Origin: Paramecium tetraurelia
Lineage: Eukaryota
Length of the DNA stretch: 64,000 nucleotides
Direction of reading: 5' to 3'
Assembly: GCA_000165425.1 (NCBI GenBank)
Contig: CT868296.1
Span: 62,001-126,000, forward strand
Shown here one piece after another: positions 1-14,471 of the stretch. Within the stretch, counting starts at the first letter, position 1. Each line of letters opens with the position of its first letter. The notes beneath the pieces were generated by a model that searched no databases, was not told where the DNA came from, and saw only the letters and a list, made by a program, of their open reading frames with translations. A program made the position numbers and the translations under genes.

Positions 1-785
1 TCAAGAATGTTATTCTGAATTAAATTAAAGAATATTAGACATAAGCAGAAATTTAGATAATGTTATTTAATAAAATTCTTAATTGCTTTAAGAAAATGAA
101 TAACATAAAAATAAAATAGACTCAATGAAGTAATTAGAGTAAAAGTATTATGATTTACTTTAAGAGAATAACAGGTAATGTTAATAAATAAATTCAATCA
201 TAAATGATAATTGTTAACTGAAAAAGATTTAATAGCAATATGAGGCAGAATGTAAGGGATATCAATAATAAATTTTAAAATTATAGGAGAAGTGTGAAGT
301 GCTATAAGCCTCTTTATAGGATTAAAATGATTCAAAAATTTTATAATAATAAATTAATGAGTTATTATAATAATAATAAGAGTAAAATAAAATTATTGTA
401 ATTAAAATTAATAATAAATTAGAGTTTAATCACAGATGAAGCCTTGTATTTGGGACAAATGACCTTGTAAACAAATGATTTGTTATAGAAGCAATAGGGT
501 GACATCCCTACTTCAATAAGGGTGTTACAAAAGGATTTAAATAACAAGAAAAGTGCTATTCAGCAGAAAATGAAAATTTTATAGCAATTTGGAAATAATA
601 TGAAGATAAAGCAATGCATTTCGCATAATAGTTCATTCAAAACGAATTCTGATGTGGATCTGTTGGAGAATTTGGAAAATGATGTAATTCCAGTGAAATT
701 TTAACAATAATCGAATTAACATAGTGATTTAATGATGATGTTGGTGGTGTAATGCCATACAATAGAAAAGATGATTGACTTTTGA
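1..785 (+). CDS. 3' part of a Gln/Glu-rich coiled-coil protein (5' end outside window)
   Basis: Open in code 6 from base 2 (QECYSELNQRILD...). A 25-nt intron at 398-422 (gtaatt..attag) is followed by an exon ending ...EKMIDF, TGA at 783-785. Confidence 0.7.
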
Positions 786-958
786 TAAATAGATATCTAT
801 ATTTAAAGCTATTTATATAAAAATATAGATATTTAACAATTAAGCGGCGAAGATGAGTGAAATATTGATTAAAATAGTAATGTATTAATAAATAGCACTA
901 ATAAATATTCATTCCATTATTTTGCATAAAAATAAGATTTAATATTTAAAATATTAAT

Positions 959-3202
959 ATGAAACCTAATTCTGAGATTCTTTTATGCTAGATGTATTAG
1001 CTGGGACCAGATAAATGGAATTATGTAGATATTGGTTATACGCATATCAATTCGAAGGTAAGAGGTTTAGAGTAGACAATAATAGAACGAATTGATTTTG
1101 CTGCAGAAGGACACGAGTCAGGAAGTGATAGTTGTTCCAATAAAGTAAGAGAATGAGTTTTGCTTTGATTAAGGTATGGATAAAATTTAAATTGCAATAG
1201 AAGAAGCAATCTAATTCCATTGTGTTTAGGACTATGCCTTGAGTTTTCAGAGTAGAGAAGGTGCAATGGGAGTTTGGACTCGTATTCAAAACATTTTGGT
1301 GGAGAATGAGGCTGAGGATTAAGATTCAATAGCATTGACACCCGTTTCTGAAACAAATTTGGAGACTATTTTGGATACGATGAATAACATGATAGCATAC
1401 GGTTCTCAATCAAAGTAGATGTTGTTGAGTTATTTGATCAATAAGAAAGTAAAAAGTGATATTGAGTGTGTGTTAGGAATATTTCGATAAGCTTATAAAA
1501 TTGTTCCAATAGTTGGAGAAGGACAACAATACCAATCTGTTATAAACAATGTGTTAGATTGTGAAGAATGTATAAATCCATATTGATTGTGATTAGATAG
1601 TTACAGTGGCGGAACATGAATTATTTTAAATAATCCTGAACGATTAGAATTATCTATTTATTTTCGGTGCATTAGAATGTATGTTATTTGTAGATTAAAT
1701 GTTATTAGATGATACTGAGATGAACAAGAAGAATTTCGTGCCCCACCGTTAGTATTTAGAGAAACATGCGTAATTCTTGCAAGTAGTCCAAATTAAGAGT
1801 AAAGAGCGACTTAAAACCATTCATTTCATATATCGGCTGCAGTACTTGCGCGATTGTGGTTTGGCCTACTACATCGACGAGTGCCAGTTGATGTTCATAA
1901 AGATAGTTTTAACGTAATCAAAATCATGATAGATTATAAAGAGTTGTTATGTTGACCTCTTTAAGTACATTGAAAATTCGAAGGATTTTTTGATAGAAGT
2001 CATTGACAAATTAAGAAATTTCAATTTCTTGGCATTGCGATTCCTTTGCGAAATTTGTTCAGTCTTTAAAGAATTTCCAGATGTATAACAGTGATTCATT
2101 ATTACTAGTTGAATAAAGTAGTCATCTATTAGAAACTCAGTGAATACGGGTTGTATGAGATAATTGAAGATTACATCAACGATTCCCTAAAGGGGTTTGA
2201 GAAGTACAAAGCCAAATTAAAGAAACTCAAATTAAAGATATCTGTAATATATATTCATAATCTCATTAAAGGATGATGTGTTCACTAAGATACCAAATAT
2301 GATATTGGAATTGTTAATAGTGTGTTTATAACATTGTCCCAACTATTTCAGATAGTATGTTATCAGTGAACATCAACAAGTACTGAAATATCCATTTTTC
2401 AATATCATTGTGGAAAATGCCTTCTAAAATGAATTGTACATGGAGGCATTGAAATTGATGATCGACAATAACTCAGAAGAGTAGAATGAAACTATGGATT
2501 TATTTTTACTGCAATTCTATCCGAAAATCACTGCCTAAATCTCACACACAGCCACCAAAGAATTCAAATAGCAATTTTTAGAGATCACCTTAGGGTTGGT
2601 CAGAGCTATGAAACCATAGGTTAAGGAGGCAGTGATTTTGAATTAAGTGGCATTGAAAGTTGGCTTCGTTTTGTAAGAAAACTAAAAGCTATTGTAAACT
2701 AAGTGTTTGCAGATAATTAAACTGATTTGTCTGTCTAGAGATGATGACATTAACAATGAGATTACAATGATAATCCCTAATTTAATTAGTGTTATTTTAG
2801 CGTATAAGGGATTGAGGGAAAACCTAATATTTTCTTAACAATTAGAAATAATAAAAATAATTTATGAGGGGATAAGTTAAAAATTGATTACATCATTAGT
2901 AAGATTTTGTTAATAACTAATAGGAAGATGAATTAAAGAGAAGAGAAAACCAACCAAATTATCAAAGAATACATGAAATTTTCAAGAATCTTAAAAACAA
3001 TTGCATGAAATAATAATTCAGTTCATAGCCATAATAATAAAGCCAGATGTAATCTAGATACAATGTGGTAGTAGATGATGAGATGGATCTATTCATATCA
3101 GTTCAGGGACACAGCAGCCCTCATCTTGTTAAACAATAAAAGAAGACTTAGGATCATGAAGAAGAAGTAGATTTAATAACCAAGAAAATAAAGATTGATT
3201 GA
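959..3202 (+). CDS. Protein phosphatase 4 regulatory subunit 3 (SMEK/Psy2 family)
   Basis: N-terminal EVH1-like motif DYALSFQSREGAMGVWTRI and SMK-1 motif FGALEYDTE..PHRQYLEKHAQF..IHFIYRLQYLRD. Several 20-28 nt introns; TGA at 3200-3202. Confidence 0.85.
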
Positions 3203-3275
3203 ATTGAAAAATATAACATAGAACAACATAAAATAATCTATATATATATATATATTTATGCACTATTTGATGCAA

Positions 3276-4012
3276 TCATTAAATTGAACATTTTCCGCTT
3301 GCATCAGCATTGTCATTCGAATTACTCTTTCTTTGAGTTCCAGTTTAAGTCTTAGCTGGTCCTGAAGTTTGAGATGTTTATTGTGGGAATTTCTTTTTCA
3401 TGGCTTGTTTAATGGCTTCTAAAAATATTTATTTTATATTGGTTCCATTAAGTGCACTGCATTCAATGTACTTGCATCCCAGATCTGAAACCACTTTTTA
3501 GGCTATGTTAAAGGTAACAAATTTATTCTCATTAACATTTTCTGTTGGTCTCATATCAATTTTATTTCCTATAAATATCTTGGGAGCATTAGGTTGATCT
3601 GCTTGCAATTCAGGATACCACTAATACAATTGATAAAATTCGGTTACTTTTTTAATCGCATTTTAAAATGAACTTGGCTCATCTACTGAAAATGTAATTA
3701 AAAACACATCGCTTTAAGGATAACTGATAGATCTCAATTATTTATATTCCTCTTGTCCTGCTGTATCCCTTCGTTATTAATATAATTTTAGAATACCATA
3801 AATTAAGGTTTACCATTTTGTTCTCATATAACACTTATGCACAATAATTCTCAAAAATAGTTGGTACATAATCAGTCGGAAATTTGTCCTCAGTGTATCT
3901 ATTATTAGTCCTCTCCTATTTACCTTATCAATATGCATGTCTTCCCAACACTACCATCACCCACAATGACTAATTTGATAGAAATCGCTGAATTGGCTTA
4001 ATTATTATTCAT
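3276..4012 (-). CDS. Rho/Rac-family small GTPase
   Basis: IKLVIVGDGSVGKT, DYVPTIFENY, WDTAGQEEY, C-terminal CaaX box CSIQ; short introns. Confidence 0.93.
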
Positions 4013-5191
4013 TTAATATTATTTATATTACACAAATAAATTTTCTCATACCCAAGTCTAAATTGTCTATCTTACGTTAACTTTACTCTCTCACTACACT
4101 GCCCTTGTTCACTCAATCTAACCCAAACTCCATTTCTACTACCCATGTCTTCCAAAATCAACCCATCATTCGTGTAACTAAATTAGGCATGAACACCAGA
4201 CAAATGCTAACTCCATATATATCATAATTACCGTATCCATCCTAAATTGATCTAACTATCTGCCAAACTTCAGACAATTCTGATTCTTAACTAATTAGAA
4301 CGAGAACTTTTAATTCTTCTGTACTCCCTCAATCACTCTCAATACAACATCGCATTATTGATTACTGCCATTCATCTACTCTATTTTGTATTGCATGCTT
4401 CCCATATGTAAGATCAATCCCAATCTCATCAATGAAGGTTGCATCAACAATACGAAAGTCCCAGAAGTGCTACCAGTATCTTTCAAATAAAAGTTCTTTG
4501 TCTTCTGATCAAATTCAATCTGACAATGATTTCTACTCACATAATCTTCACCCAACACTAAAGTATTCTCTGGGTTTCTTCCTATACTAAGTCCCTTTTC
4601 TGACACACTCACTTTCTAATTATCACCTATGCAAACCAGTTCCATAGTATGCATGGATTCTGTCTACTTAATTTGGTTTGGGTAGGATGGAATCTTAGTG
4701 GCTTCTAGATTTTGTTTTGGCTACTTTAATATCTGAGGGGCTTCGACTACTTTCATTGATTCTACCAATTCAACCTTGTGATTATCTTGGAAGCTATCTC
4801 TTCTTGGTTTGAAGTCATTCAATCTTTAGATTGGAGTATAGTCAAGATTTTCCTTGTTTACAATCTGTTTGCTTGCAATTGACCATTCACTTTAACCGAC
4901 ATTATTTCTAACAAATTATTTATATTCGATGAATCCATTTTGAATCCATTATAAAATCTTCTTCTTTTTCACATTTGAACTGATTCCCAATTCATTCAAA
5001 TCGTCATCATTTAATACTTCCAAACAAGCCCCATCAATTGCATTTCTTTCTATTATATAAAATTATCAAGTATTACAAAAAACATCTGATAAATCCTGTA
5101 ACCCAATAAATTCCAACCACGATTCAACATCACATTGAGTCCATCTGCGAGGTTCTTTGGGAATCACACTAAATAATTTCTGATAATCCAT
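4009..5191 (-). CDS. SAM domain plus two FHA domains protein
   Basis: N-terminal WTQCDVESWLEFIGL..IDGACL (SAM). FHA1: IGRNPEN..VSRNHC..DTGSTSGT. FHA2: LEDMGSRNGVW. TGA at 4011-4009. Confidence 0.85.
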
Positions 5192-5895
5192 TAAATTTAA
5201 ATTTAAATTATATATTTATAAATTAACAATCACAAGGTTTAATTATTCATCTTTCCCATGTTAATTTTCAATATATATATATATTATTTTTATTCTTCCT
5301 ATTCCGCCACGATTATCTTTTATTTGTAGAGTCAAATCTACTAATATTTGTTATTATTATTAGCAATAATCTCAGGTAGATTTGTGATTTTCAAAGGGCT
5401 AAATTAATCTTAGTTTTTTCAAATTGAATTCTTCAAATTTAAATAGTTGGAGTAACACCTACAAACTCTTCTTTTTAATAAGAAATTTAATAAATTAGAT
5501 TATATGATGAACCCTTTATTCTTATTTAATTATTTTATAATATTAAAAACAATTATATATTGGAATTCATTTACATTGTGAGACAAAGAATCAAATTTTA
5601 ACTAAGTATTGACTTCAGAAACTAAAATGAAGTTTAATTCTTATTTGGGAATTAAACGCTATTATTTTCATTTTATTAATCTTGCATAATTAATAGACTC
5701 ATAGAATAATAGATCATTTATTATTACACATCTGAATCAATAAATAATTTTCTATGAAGTAAATTTTATTTAATATGATAATAATATTAATTTGAAGATG
5801 ATTAGTATTATAAGAGCAGTTAATTAGAATATTTAGTATAATAATCATAATTAATTCGAAATACTTAATCATCATTATCAATATAATTAAAGTTA

Positions 5896-6486
5896 ATGAT
5901 ATTTTCAATTTTCAAATTTCGCTTTGGCACAATACAAACAAATTTCCCAAAGCTTTCATTCAAAGTGTTAGATTTTCAGACAATGAAGGAAAGAAATCCA
6001 ACCCTTATTTCTGACTCTGATATTCAAACATTATGTAAGATGCATTCATTGAATTCAACATGGAAGATAGTAAATTATTTATAATAAATAGACTCCTCAA
6101 AAATTATATAGGGAAATCAAATTTAACAATTTTAAGGAAGCCTTTTCCTTTATGAATTAAGTAGCTATTTTTTCAGAGCAAATAGATCGTATTACAATAT
6201 TCTAATCTTAGATCATCCTGATTGGGAAAATGTATATAACTTAGTTAAGATTAATCTGAATACTCATGATGTTGGAGGCATTTCAATTAAAGACATCTTC
6301 TTGGCTTACGCAATAGTAATAATTTGTGTTATTATTTAGGATACAATAGCAATGAATGTAAGAGTGAAATCCGCAGAATCAACCAACGACACTCGTATTT
6401 TGGAGGTAGCCAAAATTGCAGAATCTTGGAATTTAAATTTTGATCAATTCCATAGAATGATTGAAACAGATTCTAGATAAATATGA
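5896..6486 (+). CDS. Pterin-4-alpha-carbinolamine dehydratase (PCD/DCoH), probably organelle-targeted
   Basis: [39 protein letters not shown] across 3 short introns; N-terminal extension. Confidence 0.9.
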
Positions 6487-6510
6487 ATATTGTATATGAA
6501 TATGATGATT

Positions 6511-7681
6511 TCATTCTGACAACTTTTGATTGATGTATTCAATTAATCTATCGACGATATCGATTTCAGTTTATCTAAATTAGATTAGATAGATTACCTA
6601 CTAACTTTTTGATTACTGTATTCTTGGTCTTCCAACTCGTTGATTCTAGTGGCATCTTATATATTTAATTAGGTGACTTCAACAATAGCATTGGAAATAT
6701 TGATTAATCCATCTAATTCGTTTAATCTTGATTAGATCTCCTTGAGTCTGTTATTAGCAGTGGCCAAAGAGACTTATAAGGTTTGCTTTTCATTTCTCAA
6801 ATCATCACCCAATCTACTGAGATTCTCAACTTGAGTCTTATGGTTGGCTTCTAATTAATCTTAACCTTCTTATAATGCAGTGATCAATCTAGCAACCAAA
6901 CTCAAGACGTTGTTCAAGGTTTCTGGGTTGACTTTTGTTGTCATTTCAGCCAATCCTTCAATGATTGGTTGGAATAAGGTCAAAGAACTTTTCTTTGTGT
7001 GAGCTTCTAAGATCTCCTTGATCTTCTAAAAGTTCTCTTTGGTTTAAATCAAATTGCTCTTAGTGTCTTAACTAAATATTTAAATAACTCTGATACGTTA
7101 ATTGAATTAATGATGCTCCTTCACCTCTTAAATTTAACAACAATCTTTGAGCTTCTTTGCAAGCAAGAATTGCATCACTATAGTCTTAAAATTTAGCTGC
7201 AAAATCTGTGTTCTCAGCATCTAATCTACTTTAAGCATCACCACTTCCTCTGCCATTTCTGTCTAATGCAGCTTAATCTATGAAATTATATTGTGTGAAC
7301 AGTACCTTCTTTTACTCTTGTTTATAATGTGCTCAATTCATTGGTTAAACTTGATTATTCTTATCTTTGGTTATCAAGATCTTATTCAGCTTATTCAAGT
7401 GTGGCTTAGAGTTTGGCCAAATCAACTTAGCTTCTTCTTGTGAATGTTGCATTTTCTTAATCTTGTAATTATGTCAAGGCAATCAATTCATCCTTAATTT
7501 ATTATAAGAGCTATTTTAATTCATTTAATGATCCTCCTGTTTTCATGTTGACACTCACTAAGTTAATCATAGATGAACCAAAGGGATGATCTCCATATCC
7601 TGAAAGTCTTTCTTTCAATTCAGAAACTGTGGTTGCCTAAATGCAGGCAATCAAAACAACAACCAACAAAGCTGATTTCAT
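6511..7681 (-). CDS. Trichocyst matrix protein precursor (TMP family)
   Basis: Signal peptide MKSALLVVVLIACIQA, heptad coiled coils, central ASLIQL motif typical of TMP precursors; 3 short introns. Confidence 0.82.
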
Positions 7682-8209
7682 ATATTATTAATAAAAAATC
7701 AAAAAACAGAAAAACGAATATTATCTCAATCACAAATATTACTTCACTCAAATCATTTTTTGAATCCTGAACTCTCCATTTTTCACTTAATCTCTCTTCT
7801 CCTTTTTTAATTACATCAATCTCAATCTACTTTTCACATTCCCTTATCTCATAACTTAAATATTTGAAATGATATTCTATCAAAATTAAAAGATACTGTA
7901 ATGAATCATAGTGTTGTAATTTTAATAAAATAATAACGTAATCTATCAGAATCCAATAAGTTGTATTTAATCACTAATGTTGTTCAAATCTCAAAAATGT
8001 CTTCTTACTTACAATAAATTAATATTTAGATTAGAGCATAAAAATGATTTTAGTAATAAAATACTATGGAAAATTGAAGAGATTGCAAAGTTTTTAACTG
8101 AATTTTAACTAAATTCTAGTTTCTTAGAAATAGGTTTGAATATTAAAGATAGAATAATAATGAAAAGAATGTAAATTATATTATATGATATTATTTTATT
8201 TATTATCAA

Positions 8210-10675
8210 TCATTACGCATAGGGGTTTGATAAGTGATGTATGGAGATTGATATCCTCCTCGCATAGCTGATTATTGAACACCTTCAAGATCATCCCAAA
8301 CTCTTGTTGACATGCCTGGATGATGTTGTGGGGTTTTTCCAACTTGAAGATGGGAGTTTGAAGATTCGGATTTTATACATTCTAATGGAACTTTAACAAC
8401 CAAATTTTTAGCTGACAATTAGATTGTGGCAACTCTACTGGTGACTTCTTGGACCATTCCTCTGTAAGATTACCATTGTCCTTTACGAATGGTAACCATC
8501 TGTCCTCTGAGATTTTTCCAATCTTCATTGGGCATTTGGGATATAGTGTTGGCACCAGGATCTGGCTTTTTGGAGGAAGAGACTAGACCACAATTGTTGG
8601 CTTTTTCTATGATTACTCCTTGGGTGTTGTCAAATTTGCCATTGAATAGGAATAAATAATCTCTATATACATGTAGGACAGTTGCTTTGTTATCTAAATG
8701 AAATTTGAATAATAAATACTTTTATAGAAACCATCCAATATGACTACTAGATCCTATTACCTGATGTCATTACCATACATATTTTTGACCACATTGTTTC
8801 TTGTGTTGATGGAGTTTCTGATAGCTAATTTATTGATATTTTTGATTTGATTGGTTAAATCGAGGACACTGACTTCGTTATTGCTGATATTGAGGATACA
8901 TCCGATATCATTATCAATCAGACCGAACTTGACTAGATCGTTTCTCTTGAATCCTGGTTTCTGTTGTCCAGCTCCAGCATCTGGATTCTCTTCGATGTCC
9001 ATTTTTTTAATAACATTTTTTTATGATTGGAGATCTGAAATCAAAGCATCAACAATTCTGCCAGCTTCAGTGGATATCTGAGCAGTCAAATCATCCATTT
9101 TGATAATGGTACCACTTAATCCAGTGTTGGGTCCAGAGACAATGGAAACTTATTGATAAAGTTTGAAGGCCAATTTTGCTTCACTGATATCTAGTTTATA
9201 TTCATAGTTCCTTTTCTCATTATTATTCTTATTTTTAACAGTCTTGCTAATAATGAGTTTGTTCTCATCTTATAGGATTTATGAAACCTTGTATCTGGAG
9301 GATTTAGCTTGATCGTGAGTGAGAGTGATGTAATCTCCGATTTGAATTTGGGACTTTTGTTCAACCACTTACTTCAAACTGGAATGAAGTTTCTAGAGGA
9401 TCAACCTATAATCCTGGACATCGGGATAGAAGTATTACAAGTCTTCTACAGTGGGTTTGATATTGCCAGTAAGAACCTGATGAACTGGAAGAGTGATGAT
9501 TTCAAATCCATCCTTTTTAGCAGATGTCCATTCATCTCTAATGGTAGTATAGAAGAATTGGGAAGTAGGTTCGTCATTGTCATCATTAATGGATTTCTTG
9601 GTCATCTAAATAGGTATTTTAGGACCACGAATGTATTTCCTTTGTTCTTGAAGATACTTGGCTCTTTTTAAGAACTTGAATTTGCTGCCTCTTTAGAAAG
9701 GCTCATTGTCTTCAATGGGTGGTTCACCTTCTTCTTCTTTCATTTGGAAGCGAGATTGATCTGCATTGGCATTATTCTTTTTGGAATTCTTCTTTTTATT
9801 TTCTTCCTCTTCTTCAAGAGATTTCATTAGTAATTTTTGTCTGGGAACTACTTTGAGTTTGATAAGTTTTCTCTCTTGATCCACTTACATGACTCTAGCA
9901 AGATCTCCAGAGTAAATGTTGTGTTGTCTAACTCTGACCCATTGGCCTTCTTCAATGTCTATTTATTCGACTTCAGCAGGCTTGAACATGTTTGGACATT
10001 GTTCAGATTCAACCAATTCAGGTGGACATTGTCTAACAATAGTCAGACCCTCGATGGCTCTCATGACATGTTGTTCAAAATTGGCTTCGATGAAAATGGC
10101 TGCTGGGAATTTTTTGAGTGCAAAGACTGATACAATTTCAAGTGGATTGGTGTCTATCAAGTGATTATGCTTAAACATGATCGATGTCACAGCCTCTTGT
10201 TCTTTGCCCTTATTACATGAAACACGCCAAAACTTTACTATAAATGATTAAATACTTTGGGGTCTCTGAGACCTGGTTTTTCAATTTCATCTTCTGATTT
10301 GTCCACATCATCCCCAATTTATATATCTTAATCTCCATCTTGATATCTTTCCTCGATTTGCTTAACAACATCTCTGTGATGTTTTCTCTTGAGGGCCAAT
10401 TCGTTGTACATCTGCTCTTGCTTTCCCTTCGTAATTTCCCCTACTGAATTGTCATCTGACTCGTTGTCTGATGTTTCAGACGCTTCTGTGTCTATGAACT
10501 TTTGCTTATTCAATCTTGTCTTCTTCTAGTTCTTTTGTTTCTTGAGTAATTTCTTGCTCTTCGACTACTTGAATTATTCTGACTCTGAAGAATCAGGAAG
10601 GTCTTCAATTGAATCAATAGAAGACTGACTTTTGTCATCCTAATCACTTCGATAATCGTCATTTTTTTAGCTCAT
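8210..10675 (-). CDS. SPT5: Transcription elongation factor Spt5
   Basis: Acidic N-terminus (KFIDTEASE), NGN domain (AIFIEA), KOW motifs (KLKVVPR; GQMVTIRKGQW..YRGMV). Short C-terminus with a single GKTP and no long CTR. Confidence 0.92.
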
Positions 10676-10711
10676 TAATTAAATTAATTAATCAAAAATA
10701 TATTTACGACC

Positions 10712-10960
10712 TTTGAAGTCTCATTATTTGGAGGTTTTTAACAATCCCTAATGTATTTAAAAGTTTCGGAAGTCTCATTATTCAAAGGTATTTGCCAGCA
10801 TCTAATGTCCTTAAAAATTTTGAATTCTCATTATTTGGAGGTTTTTAGCATTCTCTAATGTATTTAAATATTTGAAGTCTCATTATTCACAGGTTTTTAC
10901 CAATTACTAATGTATTTTTAATTTTCATGGAGTCTCACTATTTGAAGGTATTTAACCCCC
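10712..10960. repeat. Five-unit tandem array, period 52-55 bp, unit GAAGTCT-CATTA-N6-GGT-WTTT-RNC-N6-TAATG
   Basis: CATTA (CACTA in unit 5) starts at 10722, 10776, 10829, 10881 and 10936. Internal spacing is identical in units 1-4; unit 5 is degenerate on its right side. Confidence 0.9.
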
Positions 10961-11034
10961 TCCCTCACCAGAGATACACTCAGAATAAGAAACCATTGTT
11001 ATATCTTAAATCTTCAACACATTTATCACATTTA

Positions 11035-12307
11035 TCACATAAATATTAATAATCTCACATCCCTTTTTCCAATCCTTAATAACATGTATTTATCATGCAA
11101 CAATTAAGCCTACTCCAACTACTCCACCTTCTAATCATTAATTAGTATTCCCCCTTATTGCAATAATCTCCGAATCTCTGATTTCGATGATCTCAATTTT
11201 AATAACACCTCCATCAATTATGTCTACTTAGCTACTCTTATCACTACATCCTTATCGATCTCTTCTGCCAACCTATCAAACTCCTATGCACTCATATTCA
11301 TCAACCGATCCCTCCTTAACCCATATAGTATCTAGTTCTTCTCAGCAGAACTCTCCTCTCCATAAATCATCCTCAATAATTCATCACTCAAACATTTCTA
11401 AGCCACTCTCTTCTCTGGACTCTACTTGTGCTATTCCATTACACTATCAATCTGCTCCTCCTTTAAGAATGTCAACATCAGTAAGAAATCTCTCATTGAA
11501 TCGTCCGCTAAATTCAACAAATACTATTTCATATTGTGCTTTGAACTCGCATCCAAAAACAATGCATTCCCTTCACTCTTCCCAAACTTCTACCCATTCT
11601 TATCTGTCAACAAAGGAGTAGTAATCCCATACACTTGCTTCTTGTATTCCTTCTTTACGAAATCACAGCCATTAGTAATATTACCCCACTAATCACTCCC
11701 TCCTATTTACAAAGTGCAATCGTATTTCTCATTTAAATATGCGAAGTCGTAACTTTGTAAAATTGTATAGAAGAATTCAGTCAACGACAAACCATCATCA
11801 CCGCTGTTCAATCTCTTGTTTATGTGATCTTTGTTTAATAGACTGTTCATTCTGAATTATCTTCCCACTTTAGAAACGAAATCAATCAACTTTGTCTCTC
11901 TATAAAAATCCATATTGTCCAGGATTTACAGTGGTTGTCCTATCTTGGCATGATTAGCAATGTTCCCGTACACACTTTCCAATTATTTCCTAATTTTCTC
12001 TAAATTCTCATGGATCACAACCAAATCCGGCTCCTTTCGTTCTTCCATCTTAAAACTGGGGTCACCCAATTACACAGTGGCTCCTCCTACTATGGCTATG
12101 GGTTTGAAGCCTAATTAAGCAAGACGTGCCAAATTCAGGATCGACACCAAGTTGCCCAAATGCAATGAATGAGCTGTAGGGTCGAATCCACAATAGACAC
12201 TCCCTGACACTGGGATGCTAGGGGCTGTTGCTTAATAGAGTAGTTTGCGAGCTGTTAGAGCACTCAGAACTGAACATTAATAGTATTAAGGCCTGATTCT
12301 TGATAGC

Positions 12308-12309
<2 letters not shown>
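11035..12309 (-). CDS. Tyrosyl-tRNA synthetase, bacterial/mitochondrial type
   Basis: VYCGFDPTAHSLHLGN (HIGH), QIGGSDQWGNI, KFGKSEGNA (KMSKS), C-terminal S4-like domain. Basic presequence MLSRIRPQ; apparently intronless, 424 aa. Confidence 0.95.
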
Positions 12310-13650
<1,341 letters not shown>

Positions 13651-13667
13651 TGTGTTTGTTATTAATA

Positions 13668-14454
13668 TCAATGCAATTTTAGAACAAGAATTGTTACTAA
13701 TACTCCTACAAGAATGATTGCACAAACAGCTAAAACAATCCATTTCTTAGTTGTCGACTTCTATGAATCTTAGGCTTTGTCTAATTCAACAATGGCACCC
13801 TTTATGTTCTAATCTGCAGTTTTTTGGTTGACATCAATGATATCAAGAATTTCTTCTGCTTTGTTGACCTCAAAAGCCAATTCTCCCACTAATTTATTAA
13901 GCATTTGGGCTTCACGATCCTATTTAATTTAAATTGAATACAATTCTTTGAATCTCTTCCTCTCTCTCTCTTATCATCTGATTATCAACATCATATTAAT
14001 CATGCATCAATTACTCTTACAATTCATCAGCAGGTTTTGGTTTAGGGTCATTCCACTTAGCTTACGAGTTCATGGCTATAGTCTTTCTTTTCATTTGCAA
14101 TTTTTGTTCCACTTGCTTGCACACTTAGGTAAATTTGTCGATCTCTTTTTTGTAGAATTACTTGATTTGTTTCATTCTTTAATAGCTAAAATCGAGTGAT
14201 ACTTCTGTTGACGACCTGATAGATGTCCCGTGTTATTGTCAAGTCTTTGCATGTTATTTTGGAGTTGTTTAAGTAGGTTTTGTATCTGATCTTGCAAATC
14301 AATGACGTCTTGGCCAATACTAGAATTATTAACATCTTTATGATCTTGATCAAATTATTCCACATTATCGTGCAATTCAGTCAATTATGATTAAACTTGC
14401 TAATATTTTGAATTATATTACTTCAACTAGTTTATTAAATGTGCTGTCCTCCAT
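13668..14454 (-). CDS. Syntaxin-like Q-SNARE
   Basis: Helical N-terminus, SNARE motif (LAFEVNKAEEILDIIDVNQ), C-terminal TM anchor WIVLAVCAIILVGVLVTILVL. Confidence 0.82.
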
Positions 14455-14471
14455 TATTAATAATAAATTAA

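Noticed and set aside
853..958. Alternative upstream start for the PP4R3 gene
   Set aside because: ATG 959 already precedes the EVH1-like domain; the upstream extension is AT-rich and unsupported.
10712..10960. CRISPR array interpretation of the repeat cluster
   Set aside because: Eukaryotic context, no cas genes, variable parts only 6-15 nt and mutually similar.
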